DNA from: an uncultured virus (IMG/VR IMGVR_UViG_3300032053_000035) | Taxonomy: Duplodnaviria > Heunggongvirae > Uroviricota > Caudoviricetes | Direction: 5' to 3' (one strand) | IMG/VR virus record: IMGVR_UViG_3300032053_000035 | Length of the DNA stretch: 20,000 nt | Shown here: positions 1 through 9,334 of the stretch, piece by piece | Layout: every line of letters begins with the position of its first letter | How positions within the stretch are numbered: position 1 is the first letter of the stretch | The notes under the pieces: model-generated | Databases searched by the model: none | The model's input: only the letters and a program-made list of their open reading frames with translations | What the model was told of the DNA's origin: nothing | Program-made: the position numbers and the translations under genes

Positions 1-125
1 GGTATTGCTCCTGGGTTTTCCTCCCACATCGATACTACTGAGATAAGATGGTCCGAACCAAGTAGTTCCCCTAGGCTGGTCGGTCTAAACGCAAGTATCT
101 TTTGCGACAGTTCGGCTATATTCAC
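1..125 (-). CDS. 5' end of probable clamp-loader-type AAA+ ATPase (DNA Pol III gamma/tau or RFC-like); runs off the window
   Basis: Not in the ORF track. GTG at 125 preceded by AAGGA. Translates MNIAELSQKILAFRPTSLGELLGSDHLISVVSMWEENPGAIP, matching the [YF]RPxxLxExxGxxH N-terminal motif of clamp loaders. The Walker A motif would lie outside the window. Confidence 0.6.
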   Translation of the reverse strand, partial: MNIAELSQKILAFRPTSLGELLGSDHLISVVSMWEENPGAI

Positions 126-289
126 TTTGTTTTCCTTTGGCAACTAACATTGGGAAACAGTTTTTATATCATCATAGGCTCAAAGTTTTTACTTTAGACT
201 TCGGTGTCCAAAAACTAAAAGGTTAAGACTGCATTACGGCAGCTAGCCGCTAGCTCCCATGACAAACAAGCGTACTAAACGGAGGGCTT

Positions 290-1342
290 ATGCTCCTAAG
301 AGATTCCTATGTGCCAGAAACCAATGATACGTCAGACCGCATTTTGCCTTGGATACCAAAAGCAGTACCTGCCGTGGAACCAAAAGGACTAAGGAAGCCT
401 CGCATAGTTTACGCTCCATTCGAATACCAAAAAGCCTACGACTACTGGCACAAGCAGCAGTGCGCACACTGGCTCCACACGGAGATAAACCTGGCGCAGG
501 ACCTGCAAGACTGGAGCGTGATGTCCAGCCTGGATAAGCACGTGGTAGGATCGGTGCTCAAGGGTTTCGTCCAAGCTGAGGTAGTGATCGGTGATTATTG
601 GAGTACTAAGGTGTCATCTTGGTTCCCTAAACCTGAGATAGCCCTGATGTGTGGCGCCTTTGCCGCTATGGAGGGTGTCCACCAAACTAGTTATGCCTAT
701 TTAGGCGATACCCTGGGCCTTGACGATTACAAGGCTTTCTTAGAGGAACCAACCGCTCGGAGCAAAATAGATCGACTCGTATCAGCTCCGCGTGACGCCA
801 ATAATCACGATGTCGCAGTGTCGCTAGCGTCATTTTCGGCGTTTGGCGAGGGTGTCAGCCTTTTCTCCTCTTTTGCGGTTCTTCTTCACTTTTCCACAAG
901 AAATATGCTAAAAGGTACCGGCCAAATCATCTCATTTTCTATAAGAGATGAGTCCTTGCATTCAGAGGCAGGATGCTGGTTGTTCAAGGAATTCATGGCG
1001 GAAGAGCCGTCCTTGTTTTCTAAGCGTCTTACTTCTGACATCAAGGAAGTGGCTCGCGAGACCGTGCGGCTCGAAGAAAACGCAATTGACCAAATATTTG
1101 ACGGCGGGGCGCTTGGATCTTTTACTCCGCAGCACCTAAAAGCCTTTATTAAGTTACGTGCTAACAAAAAGCTGCAGGAAATAGGTGTACAGTCAATCTT
1201 TGGCAAAATCGATGAACAGGCGGTGGCTAAGACCATGGGCTGGTTTGATGCTATTTCAGCAGGACGTGAGCACGCGGATTTCTTTGCTACGAGAGTGACC
1301 GAGTACGGCACTACCGATGGCAATTGGGAAGAAATTTGGTAA
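290..1342 (+). CDS. nrdB: Ribonucleotide reductase class I beta (radical-generating) subunit
   Basis: Ferritin-like ligand motifs QAEVV, EGVHQTSY (ExxHxxxY radical Tyr), FGEGVSLFSSF, RDESLH, C-terminal DFFATRVTEY. RBS GGAGG upstream. Confidence 0.97.
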   Translation: MLLRDSYVPETNDTSDRILPWIPKAVPAVEPKGLRKPRIVYAPFEYQKAYDYWHKQQCAHWLHTEINLAQDLQDWSVMSSLDKHVVGSVLKGFVQAEVVIGDYWSTKVSSWFPKPEIALMCGAFAAMEGVHQTSYAYLGDTLGLDDYKAFLEEPTARSKIDRLVSAPRDANNHDVAVSLASFSAFGEGVSLFSSFAVLLHFSTRNMLKGTGQIISFSIRDESLHSEAGCWLFKEFMAEEPSLFSKRLTSDIKEVARETVRLEENAIDQIFDGGALGSFTPQHLKAFIKLRANKKLQEIGVQSIFGKIDEQAVAKTMGWFDAISAGREHADFFATRVTEYGTTDGNWEEIW

Positions 1343-1362
1343 TACAATGCTAAGAGGGCATA

Positions 1363-3102
1363 ATGTCTCAGACTTGGAAACGCGGTATCGACTATCCTGA
1401 ATTTCTAACGGAAGAGGGCTTAACTACCCTTAAGGGCGGATATTTACTTGATGGCGAAACGCCTATGCAGATGTATGCCCGTGTTGCTCATGCTGCGGCT
1501 AGTAATGTGCACCGGACTGATTTAGAAGCCCCCATGTTCGAAGCCCTAATTAAGAATTGGATCTGTTTGGCGTCACCAGTTGCGGCCAATGTAGGAACCA
1601 CGCGGGGGTTGCCAATATCTTGCTTTGGTTTGACAGTATCTGACAGCGTGGCTGGTATTTCAACGGCTTACAACGAACTGATGATGATGGCAAAAGGTGG
1701 GGGCGGCGTTGGCGTTTCTTGGAGTGGCGTCCGGGGAAGGGGCACCAAGATTGCCCAAAACGGCGTCTCCAATGGCACCATTCCCTGGATCAAGGTGCAA
1801 GACTCTCTGACAGCCGCCGTTAACCAGGGGTCGGTACGCAATGGTGCCTCCTCCGTCTACATGAGCATTAACCATCCTGACATCGAAGAGTTTATTAGGA
1901 TTCGTCGTCCTAAGGGTGACCCAAACACGCGCTGCCATAACCTCCATCATGCTGTTGTATACGATGACGCCTTTATGCAAAAGGTAGAGCTTGGTGATCC
2001 GGAAGCCAGGAAGCTCTGGATGGAAACTATCAAGATGAGGAAGGAGACCGGCGAGCCCTACCAGATGCACATCGACAACGTCAATCGCAAAAGGCCTAAA
2101 GCTTATGTAGACAACGGCTTGTTTGTTACTATGTCACAGCTGTGCTCAGAAATTGTTTTATACTGCGACGAGACGCATTCGTTTGTTTGCTGTTTGTCTT
2201 CTATGAACCTGGCTAGATACCATGAGTGGAAGGGAAAAGGCATCCCTTACCTAGCCACCTGGCTCCTAGACGGGGTTATGCAGGACTTCATCAACAAAGC
2301 CGAAGGCCTACCTGGCATGGAGAAAGCCAGGCGTTTCGCAGTAAAATCTCGGGCTCTTGGCCTGGGCGGATTAGGCTGGCATTCGCTGTTGCAAGCAGAG
2401 ATGACACCGTTCAACTCGTTGCGAGCCAAAATACTAAACAAGGCCATCTGGAAAGAAATAAGAGAGGATGCCGACAGGGCGTCGCAGGACATGGCCAAAT
2501 ATTTGGGCGAAGTGGAATGGACTAAGGGCCTTGGTGAGCGACATACGCACAAATTGGCCATTGCTCCGACTACCTCCAATGCCACTATGTCATCAGATAG
2601 TAATGGACACACCGTGTCCTTCTCCATCGAACCGTGGCCAGGCAACATATTCACGCAGAAGTCAGCAAAGGGCACGTTTGTTCGTTACAACCCGATGTTT
2701 ACCAAGATGTTGGAAGAGCACAAAAAGTTTACACCGGACGTCATCCAGTCAGTTGTGGAGGCCCGTGGCTCCGTCCAGCATTTGTCCTTTCTTACTGACG
2801 AACAACGAGAAGTATTCAAAACGGCCTATGAGATTGACCAGTTTGCTATCATTGAGCAGGCAGCAGACAGACAAGAGTTCTTGGACCAAGGCCAGTCGCT
2901 CAACCTTTTCTTTAAGGCTGACGTTGACCTAAGGTACTTCAACGCTGTCCACTTAGACGCATACAAAAAGGGTCTGTTTACACTGTACTATGTGCGATCT
3001 GAGTCACCAATACAAGGTGATACTGGCGTATCTACTAAATCTGATGACACCGACCTATTTACCCCTATAGAACCAGCCGAGTGCACTTCCTGCGAAGGAT
3101 AA
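1363..3102 (+). CDS. nrdA: Ribonucleotide reductase class I alpha subunit, short form without ATP cone
   Basis: ASPV, PISCF (redox Cys), GGGVG, SQLCSEI (thiyl Cys and Glu), CCLSS, IAPT, DQGQSLN, TLYY, C-terminal CTSCEG. Directly follows nrdB. Confidence 0.97.
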   Translation: MSQTWKRGIDYPEFLTEEGLTTLKGGYLLDGETPMQMYARVAHAAASNVHRTDLEAPMFEALIKNWICLASPVAANVGTTRGLPISCFGLTVSDSVAGISTAYNELMMMAKGGGGVGVSWSGVRGRGTKIAQNGVSNGTIPWIKVQDSLTAAVNQGSVRNGASSVYMSINHPDIEEFIRIRRPKGDPNTRCHNLHHAVVYDDAFMQKVELGDPEARKLWMETIKMRKETGEPYQMHIDNVNRKRPKAYVDNGLFVTMSQLCSEIVLYCDETHSFVCCLSSMNLARYHEWKGKGIPYLATWLLDGVMQDFINKAEGLPGMEKARRFAVKSRALGLGGLGWHSLLQAEMTPFNSLRAKILNKAIWKEIREDADRASQDMAKYLGEVEWTKGLGERHTHKLAIAPTTSNATMSSDSNGHTVSFSIEPWPGNIFTQKSAKGTFVRYNPMFTKMLEEHKKFTPDVIQSVVEARGSVQHLSFLTDEQREVFKTAYEIDQFAIIEQAADRQEFLDQGQSLNLFFKADVDLRYFNAVHLDAYKKGLFTLYYVRSESPIQGDTGVSTKSDDTDLFTPIEPAECTSCEG

Positions 3103-3126
3103 GCCACGATAACACAGTATTAACTT

Positions 3127-3160
3127 TCTGGTAGGAGATATTTCTCCTGCCAGATTTCCG
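3127..3160 (+). terminator. Probable intrinsic terminator after nrdA
   Basis: 12-bp stem TCTGGTAGGAGA / TCTCCTGCCAGA (one G-U pair), loop TATT, followed by a short T-rich tail TTTCCGTCT. Confidence 0.6.
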
Positions 3161-3224
3161 TCTGCTTGCCATTCGATAAAACACGCTAACCGAGCTGTTA
3201 CTTCGGAGTGACTTAGGAGACAAA

Positions 3225-3929
3225 ATGGATGGAAACTTAGCCAAAACCAAAAAGAAAAAGCGCAAGACTGCAGCTGAGAAACGAGCCATAGCAGCGGCCA
3301 AGGCGGCTGTTAGCCAAGCGGAAGCAAAAGCTGTCTCACTCGCCCTAGCGGAAAACGATAACGGCCAAGCCATTGCCGTAGAAGTACACAAAACACCGGT
3401 TGCCAAGAAGAAGCGGAAAACTGCTGCTGAGAGACGAGAGGCAGCTAAGATAAGGGCTACTGCAGAGGCTGAGGCGGCAAGTAAGCCAGTTAGCCAAGGT
3501 CCAAAAATATCTCAGTGGCTCAGCCTGTTCGCTAAGGACAGGTTGACTGACGCCGAGCTTGCCACGATAGAAAACGATTATGTTATTCCTAGCGAAGTCA
3601 TGTACGACCCAAGGGTGGAGTTGGAAAGGACCGCTAGGCGCAAGTTGGCCACGTTAGCTTTTCAGCAGCGCTCCGTGCAGCAGTCCTTGGCTTCCATTGG
3701 TGGGAGTGATATTCCGGTATTGGACGAGTTCTTCCCGAGCCCGGAGGCCATTTTAGTAGCCGCCGACAGGCTAAGCCGTGATGCAGCAGTCCTTAGGCAA
3801 GTCAAGGGCAAGGCAGACAAGACGCACGTGCAGCTGGACCGTATGTCTGCTTTTCTTATGGCTTGGCATAAGTTTGTGACAGCAGAGGTAAGGAAAACAA
3901 AAGTGGCTATTGGCTACTCACAAGATTAG
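3225..3929 (+). CDS. Hypothetical protein with duplicated Lys/Ala-rich basic N-terminal motif
   Basis: RBS AGGAG, 234-aa ORF. KKKRKTAAE[KR]R occurs twice. Confidence 0.8.
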   Translation: MDGNLAKTKKKKRKTAAEKRAIAAAKAAVSQAEAKAVSLALAENDNGQAIAVEVHKTPVAKKKRKTAAERREAAKIRATAEAEAASKPVSQGPKISQWLSLFAKDRLTDAELATIENDYVIPSEVMYDPRVELERTARRKLATLAFQQRSVQQSLASIGGSDIPVLDEFFPSPEAILVAADRLSRDAAVLRQVKGKADKTHVQLDRMSAFLMAWHKFVTAEVRKTKVAIGYSQD

Positions 3930-3953
3930 TGTTATGTTAACGGAGATGGTTAC

Positions 3954-4142
3954 ATGAAGAAAGCTAGTTTAATGTTGATCAAGGCTGGTATACAGGTAAG
4001 CAATGGAAAAATCAGAAAGGATGACTTGGCAAGAGCAACGTTTGTGTTATCCAACGATCTGAGCCTTCCGGAGTCTATCGCAGCAGACGCAGATGTTAGT
4101 ATAACTGTGACGATAAGTGGTCTACCAAGTCCGAGTAAGTAA
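3954..4142 (+). CDS. Small hypothetical protein
   Basis: GGAG RBS. Stop is immediately followed by the next ATG (TAAATG). Confidence 0.7.
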   Translation: MKKASLMLIKAGIQVSNGKIRKDDLARATFVLSNDLSLPESIAADADVSITVTISGLPSPSK

Positions 4143-4721
4143 ATGATTGATCCGCTAGCTATTTGGAAATCAGAGTTTGCTAAGCTACCTCTTGACCCTA
4201 CCGGCGCTGCCGGAGCGCTTAATTTAGCTAAATACATAAACGCCAGAGTGTCTAACAAGCTTGGCATGTCGCCAAAGGTGGCCGCTGTTGACGCTCCGGC
4301 CAAGGCTGTTTTTACTTGGCAACCGTCAGTTTTTGTGGCCTCACTTCTTGGCCTCACTTTTTCGCCAGTGGCTGCTGTCGGCGCTCTCAAAATGTCCTCG
4401 GCCTGGGCGTCAGCTACTCAGGCATCTACGTTTATTGTGGCGCCCGGTGCCGTCATTTCTCCGCCCCCGCCCCCGTCCACCGGCGCATCGTCAGTAATTA
4501 CGTTGTCAATCGTAGAGCCGCCTAGCATAGTCAAGTCCCAGCAAGCTCTGTTCAAAGGGCTGTTGTCGGCTGGCCAGGCTGCTACCGCACTGGAGTCAGA
4601 AATGCCTAAACTTCTCTATGAAGCTTTTCTAGGACTAACCTTTGCCGTTTCCGGCCTAGATACTACCCCTACTCCGGCTGGGCCACTACCTATCACACTG
4701 ATAGGCGTGCCAGCCGAGTAA
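4143..4721 (+). CDS. Hypothetical Ala/Pro-rich protein, possibly virion-associated
   Basis: 192-aa ORF coupled to the upstream gene. Function inferred from context only. Confidence 0.7.
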   Translation: MIDPLAIWKSEFAKLPLDPTGAAGALNLAKYINARVSNKLGMSPKVAAVDAPAKAVFTWQPSVFVASLLGLTFSPVAAVGALKMSSAWASATQASTFIVAPGAVISPPPPPSTGASSVITLSIVEPPSIVKSQQALFKGLLSAGQAATALESEMPKLLYEAFLGLTFAVSGLDTTPTPAGPLPITLIGVPAE

Positions 4722-4723
4722 GG

Positions 4724-7700
4724 TTATGTGCTGCGACCGCTAAGATACGCCACTGGCGTACCGGCATTGACGCCAGTCATTACCAATTGATTAAGTTCAC
4801 TGATCCACAGCAAGTCATACCATGTTGTTATTGTTGTTATTGTGGCAAAGGTAGCAATACCAAAAGTCACCCCATCAGCAGTAATCGGTCTTGTAAGGAA
4901 ATTTAATGTACCGTTAGGCGGTGTTATGACAAATATACCAAGTGGATCAGCCCAAACAATCTTGCCTAATATTTGTGTAGTGCTGCCAGTGTTCCAAGTG
5001 GCGCCATCAACGCTATGCATAATCATTGCTGATCCGGCTGTTTGAACAGTAGCAGTACCAACAAACCTAGTTAGCCGCGACGACCAAGCTATGTTTGTCC
5101 AAAATCCGGCAGTGCCACCAACGGATCTAAGCGTCCAGCTAATCCCATCAGTTGACGTAATAATTCTTTGTGCCCCAATACCAGCCGGGCCGGAAGCTAA
5201 CGCAGCAAAAATACCAAGCTCAGGAGCCCATGCGATGCAAGTTAGATCCATGTCTGCACCAGCGGGCTGCGGGGTGCCCCTGATTGTCCATGTTATCCCA
5301 TTAGGAGAAGTCATTACTCTGTTTGCTACGCCAGATTTTGCTACTGCAACAAATAAATTCTTTTCTTTCGACCAGCACACACTTGTCCACTGATTGTCGG
5401 CTGCTGAGGTGCCAACTGACCAAGACACCCCATCGCTAGAGGTGGCTACTCTGTTACCAGCCCCGCTTTGTCCCACTGCTACGAAAATACTACGCTCGCT
5501 AGACCAACATATAGCTGACCAGGTGTTGTTAACGCTAATGGTGCTAGTGTTCCAGTTCATGCCGCCATCTAATGAGTAGCTGGCAGTGCTGCTTAGGTTG
5601 CTTACTGCGGCAATAACACCTATCTCTGGTGACCAGGCCATGAACACAATATGAGATCCTGTTACTCCTGGCGTAGTAATGGCTGGTAAACTTACCTGCC
5701 TCCTAGTAATACTACTCGCCCAGTCTACAGGATTTAGCGGGGTGGCTATCACAGCAGTAACTGTTACTCTGTCGCCTTTCCTTAACACTGCTATCACACC
5801 ATTTTGTGTGCTTGGAGTTTGTGTTCCGGACCTAACAATTACTTTTGTCGCCTCGTCTTGGAAACCAAAGGTCTGTCCTCTGTTTTCTATTGTGTATTCC
5901 TTACCGGGGATAATACTGTCGCCTCTTATAGTAGCTGTGACAACTGTGCTGTGGCCAGAAATTACTTGATAACTATCGCTGCTATTAGTAATAGAAAAGC
6001 TGTTAGTATTGACGCTTAATCCGCCAGCGCCAGCGATGCCGGTGGAGCCTTGGACGCCAGTCTGACCAGCGATGCCAGTGGTTCCCTGGACGCCAGTCTG
6101 ACCAGCGATGCCAGTGGTTCCCTGGACGCCAGTCTGGCCGCCTACACCTGTGGAGCCTTGGACGCCAGTTTGACCAGCGATGCCAGTGGTTCCCTGGACG
6201 CCTGTTGAGCCAACCAGTCCAGTCTGGCCGCTAGTTCCGGTAAGGCCTTGGACGCCCAAACCAGTAACCCCCTGAACCCCAACACCGGTCACGCCTTGCA
6301 CGCCTGTCTGGCCAACAACACCGCCAGAGCCTGTAACTCCTTGGATGCCAGCGCTACCGCCAACACCGGTTTCGCCAGAGCCTGTAACTCCTTGGACTCC
6401 GGTCTGTCCCCTTACCCCAGTCTCGCCTTGGACACCTGTGGTTCCCTGGACACCTGTGGTTCCCTGGACCCCAGTGTTTCCCTGGACCCCAGTGTTTCCC
6501 TGGACACCTGTGGTTCCCTGGACCCCAGTGTTTCCCTGGACCCCAATGTTTCCCTGGACCCCAATGTTTCCCTGGAAGCCTGTGGTTCCCTGGACCCCAG
6601 TGGTTCCCTGGACGCCTGTGGTTCCCTGGACCCCAGCGTTTCCTTGGACGCCTGTGGTTCCCTGGACCCCAGCGTTTCCTTGGACGCCTGTGGTTCCCTG
6701 GACCCCAGCGTTTCCTTGGACGCCTGTGGTTCCCTGGACGCCTGTGGTTCCCTGGACACCGGTCTGTCCACTTACCCCAACCCCAGTAGTGCCAGCTGTT
6801 CCAGTAAACCCTTGGACCCCAGTTTGCCCAATGACTCCGGTCACGCCTTGCACGCCAGTTAACCCGGTGGTTCCCTCTACCCCGGTCTGTCCATTTACCC
6901 CGGTAGCTCCTTGTATACCTTGCACACCAGTCTGCCCTACACCAGTAGCTCCTTGCACGCCAGTATGTCCCTGCGGGCCAGCAGAAATGATCGGCGTATG
7001 AATGTGGGAAGTTCTAGTGCCGCCGTCAAGATAGGTTGATACGTTAACCGTTGTAGGGCTGTCGGTAACAGCGTATATCTTAATGACCAACCTATCAGTA
7101 ACATCCAAGTCAAATTGTGGAGCACCGTAAGAAAATACAACAATGTTAGATGTTATACCTTGTAATTCTTGGCTGGATAGCATGAACAACAAGGTTTCGA
7201 GTCCGCCAGCTGATCTTTTGTATACCCTGGTTGATAGTTGGGTTATGCCAGAAGTGCTATCTTGTTGTACCCACAAATTGTAGTCATAGATGCCGTTAAT
7301 AATAGTTTCCGTGTTGGGGTCACCAAACGGAGAGGCGAAAGCTTTTATTAGTACCTCACCAGTGCCTGAGTCAACTGCTGCGGACACCGTAGCCTCTGCC
7401 GCACCGGTTACGTCTCTGGTCATAGCAAAATATCCGCTGATATCAGATACGGTTTGGTGTAGTATATACACAACGCCAGACAATGGTCCATCTAGGCCTG
7501 TTGCGCCTTGCGTCCCCTGGGCGCCAGTATTTCCTAATCCGCCTGTGGTTCCTTGCATGCCAGTACCGCCCTGCACGCCAGTAAACCCAACCCCAGTAGT
7601 TCCATTAACGCCAGTGTTCCCTTGAACACCAGTACTTCCCTTGACTCCGGTCTGGCCGTCAACTCCGGTAGCACCAACCAGCCCAGTGTTGCCTTGGACG

Positions 7701-9214
7701 CCAGTAGCCCCACTGATTCCGGTTTGGCCGCCAACACCAGTCTCGCCTTGGACTCCGGTAACACCAACCAGGCCGGTACTTCCTTGTACTCCGGTAGCTC
7801 CTTTGACTCCGGTCTGGCCGTCAACTCCGGTACTTCCTTGTACTCCGGTAGCTCCTTTGACTCCAGTCTGCCCGTCAACTCCGGTAGCTCCTTGTACTCC
7901 GGTAGCTCCTTTGACTCCAGTCTGCCCGTCAACTCCGGTAGCTCCTTGGATGCCGGTACTTCCTTGTACTCCGGTAGCTCCTTTGACTCCAGTCTGCCCG
8001 TCAACTCCGGTACTTCCTTGTACTCCGGTAGCTCCTTTGACTCCAGTCTGCCCGTCAACTCCGGTAGCTCCTTGGATGCCGGTACTTCCTTGAACACCAG
8101 TACTTCCCTTGACTCCAGTCTGCCCGTCAACTCCGGTAGCTCCTTGGATGCCGGTACTTCCTTGAACACCAGTACTTCCCTTGACTCCAGTCTGCCCGTC
8201 AACACCAGTAACACCACTAATGCCAGTGTTGCCTTGTATTCCCGTAGCTCCTTGTACTCCCGTAGCTCCTTGGACCCCTGTTTGTCCTGCTACCCCAGTC
8301 TGCCCGTCAACTCCGGTAGCCCCGTCAACACCAGTCTCACCCTGAATCCCAGTCTCGCCTTGAACGCCTGTGGTTCCTTGGACGCCAGTCTCGCCTTGTA
8401 CTCCAGTAGCTCCTTGGACGCCCGTCTCACCTTGGACACCAGTGGTTCCCTGAACACCAGTAGCTCCTTGGACGCCTGTTTCACCCTGAACACCAGTCTC
8501 ACCTTGAACGCCTGTCTCACCTTGAACGCCTGTCTCACCTTGGACCCCAGTCTCGCCCTGGACCCCAGTGGCTCCCTGGATGCCTGTCTCACCTTGGACC
8601 CCAGTCTCGCCTATCAGGCCAGTTGCCCCTTGGACGCCGGTCTCGCCAGCAACACCAGTATTTCCTTGTACTCCGGTATTTCCCTGCGGACCAATAACGC
8701 CAGTCTGACCTGCCACGCCAGTCTGCCCATCTACTCCTGTCTCCCCTTGGACCCCGGTGTCGCCCTGCACCCCAGTAAAACCAACACCTTGTACGCCTGT
8801 GTGGCCTCTTACCCCAGTTGGTCCACTAAATCCAGTTTCTCCTTGGATACCAGCACCAGTGTAACCTTGTTGTCCTTGTATGCCAGTAGGGCCAGCCACG
8901 CCTGTTACGCCGTGGCTCCCACCAATGCCGCTAAGACCAGTGTAACCCTGCTGGCCTTGGATGCCAGTTGTGCCCTTAACGCCGGTGCCGCCCACAAACC
9001 CGACAGCACCACCTAAGCCAGTAGAACCTTGCTGCCCTTGTATTCCTGTTCGCCCTTGAATTCCTGTTGGTCCTCGTGGACCAGTAGAGCCACCGCCAGT
9101 TACCCCAGCAACACCGGTCTCTCCTGCAACCCCGGTTGCGCCATTGATGCCAGTTCGGCCTTGTACGCCAGTAGCGCCCTTGATTCCGGTGTGTCCCTGG
9201 ATGCCTGTAGTCAT
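4724..9214 (-). CDS. Collagen-like fibre protein: two (Gly-X-Y)n tracts, an internal beta-rich domain, and a C-terminal Asp-box/BNR beta-propeller
   Basis: Likely start ATG 9214 (RBS CGGAG) rather than 9256. GxT-GVQ triplets at ~9205-7490 and ~6980-6020. SxDGxxW-type repeats [36 protein letters not shown] at ~5600-4860. Confidence 0.9.
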   Translation of the reverse strand: MTTGIQGHTGIKGATGVQGRTGINGATGVAGETGVAGVTGGGSTGPRGPTGIQGRTGIQGQQGSTGLGGAVGFVGGTGVKGTTGIQGQQGYTGLSGIGGSHGVTGVAGPTGIQGQQGYTGAGIQGETGFSGPTGVRGHTGVQGVGFTGVQGDTGVQGETGVDGQTGVAGQTGVIGPQGNTGVQGNTGVAGETGVQGATGLIGETGVQGETGIQGATGVQGETGVQGETGVQGETGVQGETGVQGETGVQGATGVQGTTGVQGETGVQGATGVQGETGVQGTTGVQGETGIQGETGVDGATGVDGQTGVAGQTGVQGATGVQGATGIQGNTGISGVTGVDGQTGVKGSTGVQGSTGIQGATGVDGQTGVKGSTGVQGSTGIQGATGVDGQTGVKGATGVQGSTGVDGQTGVKGATGVQGSTGIQGATGVDGQTGVKGATGVQGATGVDGQTGVKGATGVQGSTGVDGQTGVKGATGVQGSTGLVGVTGVQGETGVGGQTGISGATGVQGNTGLVGATGVDGQTGVKGSTGVQGNTGVNGTTGVGFTGVQGGTGMQGTTGGLGNTGAQGTQGATGLDGPLSGVVYILHQTVSDISGYFAMTRDVTGAAEATVSAAVDSGTGEVLIKAFASPFGDPNTETIINGIYDYNLWVQQDSTSGITQLSTRVYKRSAGGLETLLFMLSSQELQGITSNIVVFSYGAPQFDLDVTDRLVIKIYAVTDSPTTVNVSTYLDGGTRTSHIHTPIISAGPQGHTGVQGATGVGQTGVQGIQGATGVNGQTGVEGTTGLTGVQGVTGVIGQTGVQGFTGTAGTTGVGVSGQTGVQGTTGVQGTTGVQGNAGVQGTTGVQGNAGVQGTTGVQGNAGVQGTTGVQGTTGVQGTTGFQGNIGVQGNIGVQGNTGVQGTTGVQGNTGVQGNTGVQGTTGVQGTTGVQGETGVRGQTGVQGVTGSGETGVGGSAGIQGVTGSGGVVGQTGVQGVTGVGVQGVTGLGVQGLTGTSGQTGLVGSTGVQGTTGIAGQTGVQGSTGVGGQTGVQGTTGIAGQTGVQGTTGIAGQTGVQGSTGIAGAGGLSVNTNSFSITNSSDSYQVISGHSTVVTATIRGDSIIPGKEYTIENRGQTFGFQDEATKVIVRSGTQTPSTQNGVIAVLRKGDRVTVTAVIATPLNPVDWASSITRRQVSLPAITTPGVTGSHIVFMAWSPEIGVIAAVSNLSSTASYSLDGGMNWNTSTISVNNTWSAICWSSERSIFVAVGQSGAGNRVATSSDGVSWSVGTSAADNQWTSVCWSKEKNLFVAVAKSGVANRVMTSPNGITWTIRGTPQPAGADMDLTCIAWAPELGIFAALASGPAGIGAQRIITSTDGISWTLRSVGGTAGFWTNIAWSSRLTRFVGTATVQTAGSAMIMHSVDGATWNTGSTTQILGKIVWADPLGIFVITPPNGTLNFLTRPITADGVTFGIATFATITTITTWYDLLWISELNQLVMTGVNAGTPVAYLSGRST
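6430..6760 (-). repeat. Tandem 18-bp repeats encoding G[TN][TAI]GVQ
   Basis: Near-identical units such as CCTGTGGTTCCCTGGACG / CCAGTGTTTCCCTGGACC read directly on the + strand. Confidence 0.9.
7770..8200 (-). repeat. Higher-order 54-72-bp near-perfect tandem repeats in the collagen tract
   Basis: Includes an exact 72-bp duplication at 8039-8110 / 8111-8182. Confidence 0.9.
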
Positions 9215-9334
9215 ATGTTGCGCTCCGTGATGCAGAGAAAATGCTGGTGTTAACATTTAATCTAAGTAGACTACTTCCAGAAATGCTGGTATTGTAAAAC
9301 TAAAAATAAGAACATTTGTTGATTAGAGGTCCAT

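Noticed and set aside
290..3102. Intron or intein in nrdA/nrdB
   Set aside because: Both ORFs are continuous and of minimal length.
6430..8200. CRISPR array
   Set aside because: The repeats are contiguous, in-frame multiples of 9 nt with no unique spacers, and no cas genes are present.
6248..9016. Long + strand and alternate-frame ORFs (6248-6862, 6345-7001, 7553-9016, 7534-8217 and others)
   Set aside because: Shadow frames of the repetitive collagen gene.
4722..9300. Collagen gene as an invertible cassette because of its opposite orientation
   Set aside because: No inverted repeats are seen at its two ends, and it has its own RBS and divergent upstream region.
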